Assembly: GCF_000002075.1 (NCBI RefSeq) | Contig: NW_004797343.1 | Location: 861,942-925,941 of the forward strand | Reading direction: 5' to 3' | Source: Aplysia californica | Taxonomy: Eukaryota | Length of the DNA: 64,000 nucleotides | In this document: piece after piece, positions 1 to 12,100 of the stretch | Layout of the letters: each line of letters starts with the position of its first letter | Numbering within the stretch: the stretch's first letter is position 1 | The notes under the pieces: model-generated | The model's input: the letters and a program-made list of their open reading frames with translations, nothing else | What the model was told of the DNA's origin: nothing | Databases searched by the model: none | Translations under genes and position numbers: made by a program

Positions 1-298
1 TTAGTCACGTAAAGAAGGTTCTGGGGATATTTTTACGGTCCTGTAAAGACGATCTTTGGGGCTACTTTTACGGTCATTAGATTACATGAAAAATTTGTGA
101 TGCAGCGTGGTGAAATTAGGAGAAAAAGGAAAACCTATATGCCCCACAAAAATGAATTGGTCTCGTAAAGCCAAGTTCCTTATTATAGCTGCTTGTAGGC
201 CTAGTCATAAACTGTGGGGCTGTTTAAAGCCATTCAAGCTTTTTAAATTGAGGAAAGGAAACATAATATAGTGTTGATCGGGGCTTTAGAGCACATTA

Positions 299-1034
299 CA
301 GTTAAACCAGTATAAGACGGCCACCCATTGTCAAGGAAAAAAGTGGCAGTATAAGACAGGTGACCGTCTTAGGAAGGACGGATCAAAATGAAGAAAACAA
401 ACCATTCCCATGTTGTTTTTGTTGTTGTTGGTTTGTATTTTGTTTGTTATTTTTATTTGGTTGCTGATTTTGCAAAAGGGTGAAAATAAAACAAAATGTA
501 TCAGACGAGGAAGACCGAGTGCCATGTTAAAACAAACTAATGGGTCGCCACCACTTGGAGAAAGAGCGACGCTTCTGTCACAAGTTCATGTTGACGCCCA
601 TTGTTATTTTGTTACAGACTCGATAAACAGTGACCACTCATCTCACTTACGATTTGTGTTTGAGTTCTGGGCGGGGCTTATAGTTATAATGAGGGATCAC
701 ACGCTTACCTCACCAGCAACTGAAAATTGGTACCTATTGGTCAACAGTGGGAGGGGTCTACGCAACATGATCGGTTGGCGGGACTACCCACAACAACGAC
801 AGGTGATTGGATTATGACGGCTCGCCAACAACACCAGGGGCCAAGCATAATTTATGACAAAACGTAATGGAGTCACTAAGATGGCCGTCTAAGACAGGTG
901 TTTTTGTTTGGTGTTAAAGGGGTTGTGCGTTAAAATATGGTGGTCACGGCCGCGTTGGACAGGTGCCCATTTTACACATTTAAATTGTATAGAAAAAATG
1001 CAAGGGGGGAAATGGAAAGTGGCCGTTTGTACAG
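299..1034. mobile_element. Tc1/mariner(pogo)-type MITE, truncated; shorter relative at ~43947-44118
   Basis: TA|CAGTTAAACC terminus with repeated taagacggcc/taagacagg subterminal motifs; homologous inverted sequence near 44 kb. Confidence 0.45.
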
Positions 1035-4000
1035 CGAAGTCATTTCGTCACATGTAATGGGGTGTGACGGGATGACCGTGTGACGAAATGACCGGTTACC
1101 AAAATCTAGAATCTAGATGTCTAGATCTAGTAGTAATTTTAATGCCTCGTGAGGTCACGCATGCACTTGCACCGCTAAATATTTTCAAGGCCCCCCTGCC
1201 TAGATTGGTTTCAGGAGACACTTCCTCACTATTAATAGTATACCTAATAACATATTGACTACAATTACAGTTGTGTCCATTTGGAGGGGGGAAGGGCGGT
1301 GGTGGTTGAGCCAATCAAAAATAAAATAAAGTTGACAAACCAAAAGGGGTCAATTCCGACTGTAATGCACAAAGAAAAATCGGACCTGCCAATCTATAAA
1401 ATCTAAAAGTGAGGATCACCCCCTGGGGCGGTGCCACTGACTGAAGTGTCTTTAGGCCATTCCCAAAGGGGGGGGGGGGGGGGGGGGGGAACGACATTTC
1501 TTGTTCTAGTGCACAGTAGAATTGTAATCGGGCTGATCTAACATCATGCTGCTTTTTCTTTCCTAATCCTTACAGTCGTCATTTCCTCTACTTCTTTTGT
1601 ATGTTTGTCACACTCTTGTTACCCGCTATTTCCGGGGTGCCTTGATAGTCGAAGCAGACTTTGTGCTGTTGAAGCTAGAGAGGTGAGCAGAGTAAGTCTG
1701 ATTCCCTGTAAGGACTTCTCTGTTGACATCCACCCCTTGGCGTTCATATGACCTTATGCAGTAGAGAGCGCCGTAAAACCTCTACTAAAACTTTTAAAAA
1801 TAAAAGTCAGGATCTCAGAGGGGGGAACAAATCGGGATTTGGTGAAAAAAATCGGGATCAACGACAAATCACCAAGGTCACTGCCAAACTGACTTTAAAA
1901 ATTTCCAGGGATGTGAGTGAGTGTGTGTGCATACGCGTGCCTGTGTGTGTTTTACCATTATTTTTTTTTAATCCTGAAGTATCACGTCAAGCTTTCTTAG
2001 TTTAAGAGTTTTAAACGCGAATAAGTCCCGAAAGACGCTTCAGCCGCTGTGAATGAATTTAAATTGACCCTGTCAGCGGATGCTCCCCAATACACGCGGA
2101 ACTCACTTAGGTGGGAGTCATGTCACGTGGTGCGAAAGTGCGATTGAAAGAATTTTACTGAAGGGTCTTGATGACGGGCCCGACTAACCAGAACCTGGAC
2201 AAAGCTTGTTTTGAAAGTGAAAGTAATAGCAGAACTACGAATAATATTGATCATTAGTGCGTCGAAATTTAAACTAAAGGGCCTAGGTCTTGAGAATGTC
2301 TCGTCGGAATGCCAAACCAATACTACTTCCATTATACATGTACTTGAAACAACACGGGCGTGCAAAGATCCAAAACAAATACTAAATCCGGCATCGACAT
2401 TTAGGAAAATTGTGCTTCGAGTTTCTGCAGACAAAAAGTTTAACGAGTGCTTCCAACGATAGAAAAGAAGACAGAGTAAGATTGTAGAAAAATCCGGCAC
2501 AAAAAACGAAACAAAAAAAAAATCGGGTTACACGCAAAAATCAAAATTGGGAAAATCAAGATGCTTGAAATTTGGGGCCAAAAAATCTGGATATCCCGAT
2601 TACATCTGGATTTGTGGCAGGTTTCGAAAATAAACTAATTCAATTATTCTTCAGAGCCATTCCAGTCGTATGGTGGACAATTCATGTTTACTAGATCTAA
2701 TGTGTTTTAAAGAAGGAAGGGGGTAATCTCACGCTAGGGTAAACTCAAGGCACGACACCGGCAAATACTGTATAATGCAAGCGACCAGAATGTGGGCGGA
2801 GCTTCTCTGTGTTCAAGCAAGCAGGTGTCGCCGGGAACTGCGCGCAGATGATTATAAGTAGATTCTAGGTCGACTGCTTCTGACACACAGTAACAGACAA
2901 AACGTGACTGCGGTGTTATGTGTGTGGGTGTGTTGTTAAATCAGTGACACGGCTTCGGGGTAGAGAAGGGGGGAAATGATGATTGCCAGACACACACCAC
3001 CTACGTTTTAAAGCGTATGCAAACCTACGAAACGAAATTTTCAAGAGTAAAGCTCACGCAACACCAAAACTTAAAGGGGGTAATTTGCAGGTTTCATGCG
3101 TAATATACGCACATAAAACTTGTGCGTAAAGGGGAGCCCTGAAGGGTTAGAAATGGCAATGGTGATGCGAAAAATAAATTTTGAAAAAATTACATTCACC
3201 AAACATGTGAAAGCAAATCAGCATAGCTATCTTATCATATATATATATAAAAGCCAAGAGCGTAATCTTTAACTTTCTGAATGTGCAGCTTTTTATTTGA
3301 AAGCAATTATATATATATATTCCAATTTTAGTTTAAGTTATAATTATATTTATACTGAGTCCGATTACATCGTTTTGTTGATGCAAGACCGCAAGAACTA
3401 TTAATTCACTCGTTTTTCCACAAACCCACACTTTTGACAAAGTGAAACTAGATGTTTTTGTTTCCTAAATCCTTTCCGAGTTTTTTAATAGTAATAAAAA
3501 GTAATTTTATAAAATAACAGATCGTGTTAAAGTTAAAAGGAAACAATACAGAGGCACCCTGTCACAGGCGATCGGCGATACGTCCGCAAGGGGTATGGAC
3601 TCGCGCTGATAAATCGGCGATATTTCCGGAAAGAGTAGAAGCTCCCAACGGCCAACAACAGTTGAGAATCTGGGCAAATTCTACAATCCCCAACACCGGT
3701 TGGGAATACCGGTTGAGAATGCATGCAACTAAACAAAGAACGACGCAAACTATTTTGGGGCAAGGTGGCCATCTTGTGTGACATCAGACAGGATACACCT
3801 CCGATCACATGACTACATCTAAATATAGTTGACCGCATGGCACTAAAGATTGTGTAGAGAATCTTTGATGGCACGGTGCTTCGGTGCGATGTTTTTCCAA
3901 GAACATATATATATCGGTAATGTGATATGATGCTGTGCTTCAATGATGCACCTGCTATCTCTATTGCGTCAGCGCATTGTTTAAAGCGCCCAGGGGAGGG

Positions 4001-4976
4001 GAGGGGCTTAATCTTCTGGCGTCTTTACTGCAATTTTCACACACTTTATATTATTGTCTTTGCGTTTACAGTGTTTATATTTCAAGCATCACTACCAGAA
4101 TTCGAATATGTTAATTAACACGGAAACCTTTAGATCTAGATATTGCCAATCAAGTAGAGCATGGCATGGCTGACGGGCAGCAGTTAGCCGCAAGTGTGAA
4201 ATCATCTAGATCTAGATCGTATATCGGAAACACTTTTGTAACGAGCGACCGTCCCAACAAACACAATAAAGAAGAGACCTACCCCTACCCCTATCCGTAA
4301 CCCTACCCCTAACCCCAATCCTAATTTAATCCTAACCCTACCCCTCAAATAAAAGCTATAAAAGTCTTTAAAGTTCAAGAGATGACAGAGCAATATTATT
4401 CCCCGCATTTACCTCTTCATCCTGCCAGTATTTTTACCAAGTGAGTCCATTTTCTGCAACTCTGAAAAAAAGTCAACCGGACAACAGAAAGTGTACTCAA
4501 AGTGTCATTAGTTCAACTTTCGGTTTCCTACTTTCGTTTCGTAACAATAATCTCCGATTACGTAATATAAAAAGATAACATAACCAGTTTTGCGGGGCTC
4601 TAGTTGATTGGGGTTTGTTTGTTTTGTTTGTTTGGTTGTTGTTGTTGGGGTTGGGTTTTTTTTTGGGGGGGGCCTTCCTTATGACACCCACAAAAGCTCG
4701 GGGGTTTTGGGGGGGGGGGGGGCAATGAAATAGAAATAGAAGTGTTTGTTTCACTTTCTTGAAAGTCAAAGACGGTTTACCAGGTTGCTGCTTTTATTTT
4801 TCAGAGCTCTTCTGTTGGGAAACAAGAACCGCTGAAATAAACTTAACCAAAACTTCCTTACCTCATTTGTTGTGTGATTGACAGTCCTACAAATTATATG
4901 ATGACTGTTTTAGTCGCCTAACTTTACTATAGTTTTTGTCTATAGATATATATAAATCATAACAGGTATGTGTATG

Positions 4977-5248
4977 GGCCACCTCTATTCTCACCCCGGG
5001 TGAAAATAGTGCAGGTGAGTCTTTTGGCTATTCTCACCCGGTGCGCGTTCACCGTTAGTGGCGTTAGCCTAGATCTAGGCTAGGCCAACCAATTTTGCGT
5101 TCACCCTAAAACACAGAATTCTACACTGTGATAACAGAAAAATTGTTAGAATTCTGTGCCGTGAACAAACGTTCCATTACCACTGTTAGCCTACTAAAAA
5201 AAGCGTACAATTTTGTCTGTTGGCAGTGGAAAGAGAGAGAGAGAGAGG

Positions 5249-5306
<58 letters not shown>

Positions 5307-5838
5307 TGGGCCTAGCGCGAGAACTTCCAGGCAAAACAAAATGGCGACCCGCGTAGTTCGGCTCGATTCAAAAAGTTAAATAGCCGTAGCATCTTTGTAG
5401 ACGACCAAATTAATTTACTTTTGTGTTTTAACATCATTTTTAAAATAAATTTGTTTTGGTCAATTTGATCGTCCACACCGATAGACAGTATACAGAAAGA
5501 GATAGAGAGAGAGAAGAGGGGAGGAGTAGATCATGCGAGAACTTCCGGGCAAAACAAAATGGCGACCCCCATAGTCCGGCTCGATTCGAAAAGTGAAATA
5601 GCCATAGCATCTTTGTAGTCGATAAAAATAGCTTACTTTTTTGTGCTATATATAGATAACGTAATCTTTTCTTTGCCTTTATCCATTTGATCATCCACAT
5701 CGATAGAAAGTATTCCGAAATTAGGAAAAACAGGTCTTGTTTCACACCGGGTGAGAATAGCCTACGGTGGCAAGTCTCACCCGGGGTGAGAGGTCGATCG
5801 TATTTCTATTCTCACCGCGGGTGAGAATAGCCACTTCC
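4977..5838. mobile_element. Non-autonomous DNA transposon, GGCC...CACTTCC ends, 9-bp TSD (element C)
   Basis: TSD atgtgtatg at 4968-4976 and 5839-5847; palindrome CTATTCTCACC..GGTGAGAATAG at both ends; internal (GA)n and a direct duplication. Confidence 0.85.
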
Positions 5839-6021
5839 ATGTGTATGTCTCATAAATCCTGACGTTAAGCAAAAGGTCTGTTTTGTTTCTGTCCCAAGAT
5901 AAATATAAAAGCAAAGAGGGAGGGAGAGCAGCTAGATATAGATCTATATATATCTAGACGTCTAGATCTAGATAATCTAGATCTAAATCTGATCTTTATA
6001 TCAAGTGTCGAGTGACAGAGA

Positions 6022-6039
6022 GAAACCGAAAGTGAAAGT
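6022..6039 (+). promoter_or_regulatory. ISRE/IRF-E-like motif GAAACCGAAAGTGAAAGT
   Basis: Three tandem GAAA-NN units; related motifs at 4516-4540 and 4748-4758 on the minus strand. Function untested. Confidence 0.4.
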
Positions 6040-7078
6040 AGATCTAGAGAACAAGTGGAAGAATAGTTCTAGGCCTGGCCTACTTTTATCACTCACAGTG
6101 GTCGCTCATTACGGAAGTCCTCCCCCCTATATCTAGAGGTGGTCCCGACTTTTGTGACAGGGAAATGTAACCCAGAGTCCACAGAAAATCTAATCTAGAT
6201 CTAGAATCTAGTTTCGACCCCAACAACGATTAGATCTACTTCTGGTTATAAGTCTAAACAATTACTTTTTGATTCGTGTGTTGATATGGAGAGACAGCCT
6301 TTCAAACCTAATTTTGCCAAACATCGAATCGAGGTCAAATTCAGGGGGGACCCCATCAATGCCATCATGGTCCATGTTTTGTCAGGGGGGCAAACCCCCT
6401 TGCCTTCTTGGCTTGGGAAAAACAAGTGAAATTTTACGGCACGGCTCATTTTGTAGGCTAGTAGATATCTACTAATCCAGACTACTAATTAGTAGACCTA
6501 CATTTAGAACGCAAGTGTGTAAGTTACTGGGTAGCCAGTTACAGCACTGATATCTCTTCTGATGCAATCGCGAGAAAAGACATTCCCAGAACTCAGCAGA
6601 CGTTTCAGTGGCAGTGGTAGATTCTTGATCTGAATAGATCTAGATCTATAGCCTTGTGATGACGCGAATCTTGCAGGAAAAACACAAAACAGGAAGACGG
6701 TTAGATAGACAGTGTAGATCAGAGTGATATCCCTTGTCCTTAGAATGCCAAGAAGGCTGTTTTTATTCTGCTTTTCTGTAAATTAGTAGATCTAGTAACA
6801 GTTACAACAATTTCTATATAAACTATAACAGTAAAAGTTTATTGCCTTATATCTTTTGATGATAAATTAAAAACCTTATGCACCTGAAAAGCTTACACTA
6901 TGGAGCTCATCCATCATCATACCATTATTGACAAAATGACGTGCAAACGCGATAAGACCTGACACATGTTGTGATAAAATCATATGACTGAGTCTGAGAC
7001 CTGAGTCCTGTGAGTGGGTCCTGAGAAGTAGTCACTTGTGTAGCCTACCTGAGCCTACAACAAATATATCAAGCAAAA

Positions 7079-7129
7079 ATGGCTATATCGGCAGCAAGAG
7101 GAAAACTAATTGCCGTTATTGGCGACGAG
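7079..7129 (+). CDS. ATP6V1F: ATP6V1F exon 1 ([17 protein letters not shown])
   Basis: aaaATGg start, conserved [10 protein letters not shown], donor gtatga at 7130. Confidence 0.92.
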
Positions 7130-9129
7130 GTATGATACAGAAATTTGTCTACTTGCTTTCAATATGAGAGAGAAACCCAGTTGAACTCTGCAATGCCCAT
7201 GTTGACATTTGTCATTTGTTGAGTTCTGAGTTTCACTCCTCCGCCCTCTGCTCTGCAATGCCCATGTTGACATTTGTTGAGTTCTGAGTTTCACTCCGCC
7301 CTCTGCTGCGCTGCCAGATCTAGATCTAGATTCTATATCTAGACTATAGAGTCTGATCTAGATTCTAGATCTAGATTAGATATATACCCAATAATGATCG
7401 GAATAAGACAACGTCAATAAAAAAAGGAGTCAAATCCTAGAGCCTAGAGCCTAAGTAGCCTAGATCTATCGCAAATTTATATCAAGAAACTGAGAAAGCT
7501 TCCACAATTCAGGGAACGGAGTGTCTACGTACACGGTAACCGGGCACCTCCGCTGGCCTCAGTGTCTACGTACACGGTAGGCTAAATGGCAACCGGGCGG
7601 TAGCAGGAGGAGGAACACAAGAAGAAGAAGAAAAATCTAGTAGTAGATCTAGTATGGAAGTGGCTATTCTCACCCGGGGTGAGAATAAAAATACGATCTA
7701 CATGTCACCCCGCGTGAGACTTGCCAGCGTAGGCTATTCTCACCCAAGACCTGTTTTTTCCTCATTTCGGAATACTTTCTATCGGTGTGGATGATCAAAT
7801 TGATCAAAGCCAAGAAAAATTCCTTACGTTATAGACAAAAGTAAGCTAATTTGATCGTCTTCAAAGATGCTACATGGCTATTTCAGGGAGGACTTCCGTA
7901 ACGAGCGACCACTATTTATTCAAGATTTAACTTGTTGAGCACCACAATACTTATGGGAGACCGAAAGCCACTGTTATACTAGATCTACCTGGACAGGAAA
8001 AAATTACGGTCGTTTGCGCAGTTTGAGTTTTAGGCCCTGTTCAACCATTTGAAGATGGCCGTCGTTATTCGGACCCGAGTCCGAATAACATTTTTTCATA
8101 TTCGGACTCGAGTCCGAATAAAAAAAATTCTTATTCGGACTCGAGTTCGAATATGAAAAAATGTTATTCGGACTCGGGTCCGGAAAAAAGGAAGTGTCTT
8201 CGTTCTATAGATCTAACGTTCAGTGCTTCCAATTTTCCGCCTTTTTTAAGTTTTCCCCACACCTTATCTGCCGCTCCAATGCCCGCCGCCTCATTGATAT
8301 GCCCCCCCACGTTTCCCACTTTCATTGTTGTAGAAAAAGGTAAAATTGAAGATTAGCAGACCACCTGGCATATTATGAGCTGTGTAAAAAAAAAGGCCGG
8401 CACTATTTCTCCGAACGTTCGGGAAAATAAAGCTGGGCACTATTTCTCCGAACGTTCGGGAAAATAAAGCTGGGCACTATTTCTCCGAACGTTCAGGAAA
8501 ATAAAGCTGGGCACTATTTCTCCGAACACTCTGAAATATCATCCTTTCCCCCAAATTTCGGATATTATATAGATCTATAATTATAGTATGGGCCTACCAA
8601 AGATTGTTCGTATACAGTATGGTTCAATCGGTCCAAAAAATGTCCGCCGTAAATATTTATATAAAGAAATGCTACAATTCCAAACAGTTTTTCGCTATAG
8701 ATATGACGTGTTGCCTATGAAAGGTGCTGCTTTTAAACGTAATGTGTTGTGTTCACTCGTGTGCTGTCTAGATCTAGATCTACGGAGGGTTATTGATAAC
8801 GACACATAGAACTGGCATCTGCGTTTGTCACTGCTGCGACCAATGTACTGACACTGGCAAGCCCCTTAATGTGTGTGATTCCATAATTTACATGTAATAT
8901 CCTGTACTTTTTTTTAAATTACGCACATTTAGGGTTAAAACTGCCAATCTTCTTCGGACAGGTGGACACACGCCCTTATTTGTTATTGTTTGTTGTTGTT
9001 TATGGGCTGTTCTAATTTTGATTTCTTTCTGTTATGAAACCTTTCTTTTTCACGTTTTTACACTCATCTAAAAATCTCATCTAGACTAGCTGTTGAAAAT
9101 TTAAATAGATATAGACCCAAAAATTTGCT

Positions 9130-9174
<45 letters not shown>

Positions 9175-12100
9175 GTGAGTGTTTGAGTGTGTCTGTGTGT
9201 GGTAGTAAGTGGAGAGTGAGGAGTGTGTGTGTGTGTTTGTTTGTTTTTCGGGCTTTATTTCAGCCTTTATTCAGTAACAGTTCAAAGTATACAAAAATAG
9301 AAACACAGGATCCATTCACTCCAGGACTCATGAGTCATTCGTCTCTTTCAGTTTCACTCTTTCATTCAATTCCCGTGTTCTCTCCCGCGGCTCATCCCCG
9401 TCCGCATGACTTTCATACCCCACCCCATCCCTCCAGGCACACACAAAGAAAATCTCACTTGTTCCCTGCGAACCATGGACAATAATATAGGCAAAACACC
9501 GCCTGAGCTGCATTCCTTTTGTTCGTGAGCTGTGGACCAGGCCAGGGGTGGTCAGTGTCGTCGTCTTTTAGTTGCTGTCGTCTGTGGATACACTCGCACA
9601 TTCTTCCTTTCACCCGCTCTTTCACTCACACTGTCTCTCCATCCACAGTTCAGCTCGTCATACGTTCAAAAGTTGCCCACTAGTTATGTTTAGTTAGTGT
9701 GTGTACATGTGCATGATGGTGGTGGGTGTGTGGTGGGTGTTACTGAAGGTTGTCTGTAGGCGGGCTTGCCATGCGGTACGTGTTCCTTCCCAGACCAGAG
9801 GCAGAATGAAAGTTGGCGCCGAACTCTCGCAATAAATAGGCAAAAAATCACGAGACCGGAAGCCGAAAACCGTTCGGAGAAATAAAGATCGGCACTATTT
9901 CTCCGAACGTTCGGAGAAATAGTCACTTCGAAAAAAAAAAAGACCGATTCGTTCAAATACACAAGCCTGTGTCATATCGATTGTTTACCAAGAAAAAGTT
10001 GTGTTGCTGTGTAGAGCCGAGCATACGGCAACTTTTGATTCCATAGACCAGCGCACAATTCATTACGTATTCATTACGTAGATCTACGTCAAAACTAGCT
10101 TATTATTGTAATAATGATAAGTTGCCAGGGGGGAAAAGACCGACGCTTATGCGACGTTCAAAGCCCGGACCAATAGTGCCCCCCACCACCCTCCCTGACA
10201 CGCACACAGCCACACGTGTGCAGGCCGCCCATCCGACCCCGACACATGCTAACGAGCCATCTTTAATTAATTGTTTCTGATGACCTCTTGATAAATAAAC
10301 ATTTATTAGAAGCGCTATTACTTTTCAGGCCGGCCTCAAATTCATCATAAGATTAAAACTCGGCTCCTGCACAAAACGCCTTTTTGCCCGAAGTGATCCC
10401 GGTCTCTACCCAGCCTGAGGCGAGTCACGAGTGAGGCAGGACAGGAAGCCGGATTCACGAGTCACAGGAAGTCGGAAGTGATGTCATGCTGGACAAGAAT
10501 CAGAGTCCGAATAACATTTTTTCATATTCGGACTCGAGTCCGAATAATCACTTCGTTTGAAGATCTGAGTCGGGAATTAGTAGAATTTACTCAGGGCGCA
10601 GCCATTGTTGACCCCGCATACTTTATCAACTTCCGCTCTTCGGGAGCGCTGGTTTGCCAGGTTTTCGTCGGTTTCCAGCCAAATTTTCACTTTGATTAAT
10701 CCTCCAATAAATAACGAGCGACCACTATGAAACAGGTAGAATAGAGAATTCTGAGTTAAGGGTAGGGGTAGGATTAAGGTTAGTTAGTGTTAGTGTTAGG
10801 GCAAGGGCTAGGGATATGGCTAAGGTTAGAATTAGGGTTAGGGGTAATACGAAACCATTCACAATATAAAATCCCATGGGGGGGGGGGTTATAGGGGGGG
10901 CTTGCCCCCCTATTTACATTATAACAGAATCCCATGGGGAAGGGGGGGATGTAGGGGGGCTTGCCCCCCTATTTTCTCCCCTATTTCTAATACAGAATCC
11001 CATGGGGAGGGGGGGGTTATAGGGGACTTGCCCCCCTATTTACATAACAGAATCCCATGGGGAAGGGGGGGGGGTTATAGGGGGGCTTTCTTTTCTCAAA
11101 ACTAGGTTGATTTGGAATCCCATGGGGGGGGGGGGGCAATAAGGCCCCTATTTTCTCACATTTAGGTAGGGGTAGGGTAGCGATAGCATTAGAATTAGAT
11201 ATAAATCACCTACCTTTTCATGCATCCAGTCCTGGGTAAACCTTGGTGATCTCCTTCAGGAATCGTACAAACTTGCATTTGGCGTCTGCGTTCTGCCGGT
11301 GCCAAATATATTCCGCCAGGTGGGCAGCGAAGTGCTGCTTCTGGGTGTGAGATGACCGCAAACTCCTCTTCACTGCCCACCAGGTAGATTCGATGGTGTT
11401 GGTGTGGGCGCCGGTGTGCGGGTCAACAAAATTCTCCGTGTGGTTGGCGGTCAGGTGTCGGAAACCCTCTCGCTCCAGGCACTCGTAGCTCTTGAAACAA
11501 TCGCTGTAGATTATGGTACCTGGAGCGACGTGCTTCTTGATCAGACTGATGAGGGTATCCTGGGTGCGGTCTTGTACAGGGACAAGGAAGCACTCCTTGG
11601 TCTCTCGACAAATGCCGCCGAACACCCACTGGCCGTCGACCACCCTCCCACGATTATATTTTCGCTTTCCAAATTTGGCTTCGTCGACCTCGACGCTGTA
11701 GTTGGCCCCACCAATCTGCCGCACTTCCTCACCGCAGTAGAGACTTTCAATGATGACCTCTCTGCAATAATTATACAGATCGGCCATCGTTTCCGTACTG
11801 GTCTCGCAGTGGTCAAAGTCTGGTCCTGACGTTTCGCGGATGGCAGTGTCGTAACTACTGCGGTTGACGGGGGATTATTGATTTTTTTTTAAAGACGCAC
11901 GGGGGGGAAGGGGGGGGGGGTGAAGGCAACACCGGATGACAAAAACTAAACTTGGAAGCAGATTTTACTTTTCAGAATTTTGATTACTACTATCTAGATC
12001 TCAAGCTCTCTGCAATGCGCGCGTTGGTGCAGGCCTTGTATGGAATCGGGATCTGTCATACTCAAACCTTGTGAGCCGTGTGTTTGTAACTAAAGGGTTC

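Noticed and set aside
1575-1705. Downstream coding exon for the candidate minus-strand transcript
   Set aside because: Splice-like signals exist, but every frame hits a stop and no recognisable product results.
410-2500. ORFs 410-817, 2123-2500 and 2211-2462
   Set aside because: They lie in MITE-like or low-complexity sequence with no recognisable domains or supported splice structure.
4278-4346. Telomere or interstitial telomeric site (also 10757-10846)
   Set aside because: Short and highly degenerate, embedded in transposon-like context; no perfect (TTAGGG)n array.
6246-6475. Possible THAP-domain or other coding remnant inside the inverted-repeat pair
   Set aside because: No frame gives the C2CH pattern; similarity is too weak to support.
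8395-8530. Palindromic ~39-bp repeats resembling CRISPR repeats
   Set aside because: Head-to-tail with no unique spacers; they are subterminal repeats of element B.
11218-11787. Bacterial IS1595 contamination or recent transfer from bacteria
   Set aside because: It lies in an intron of a spliced animal gene among eukaryotic repeats; eukaryotic Merlin elements belong to this transposase family.
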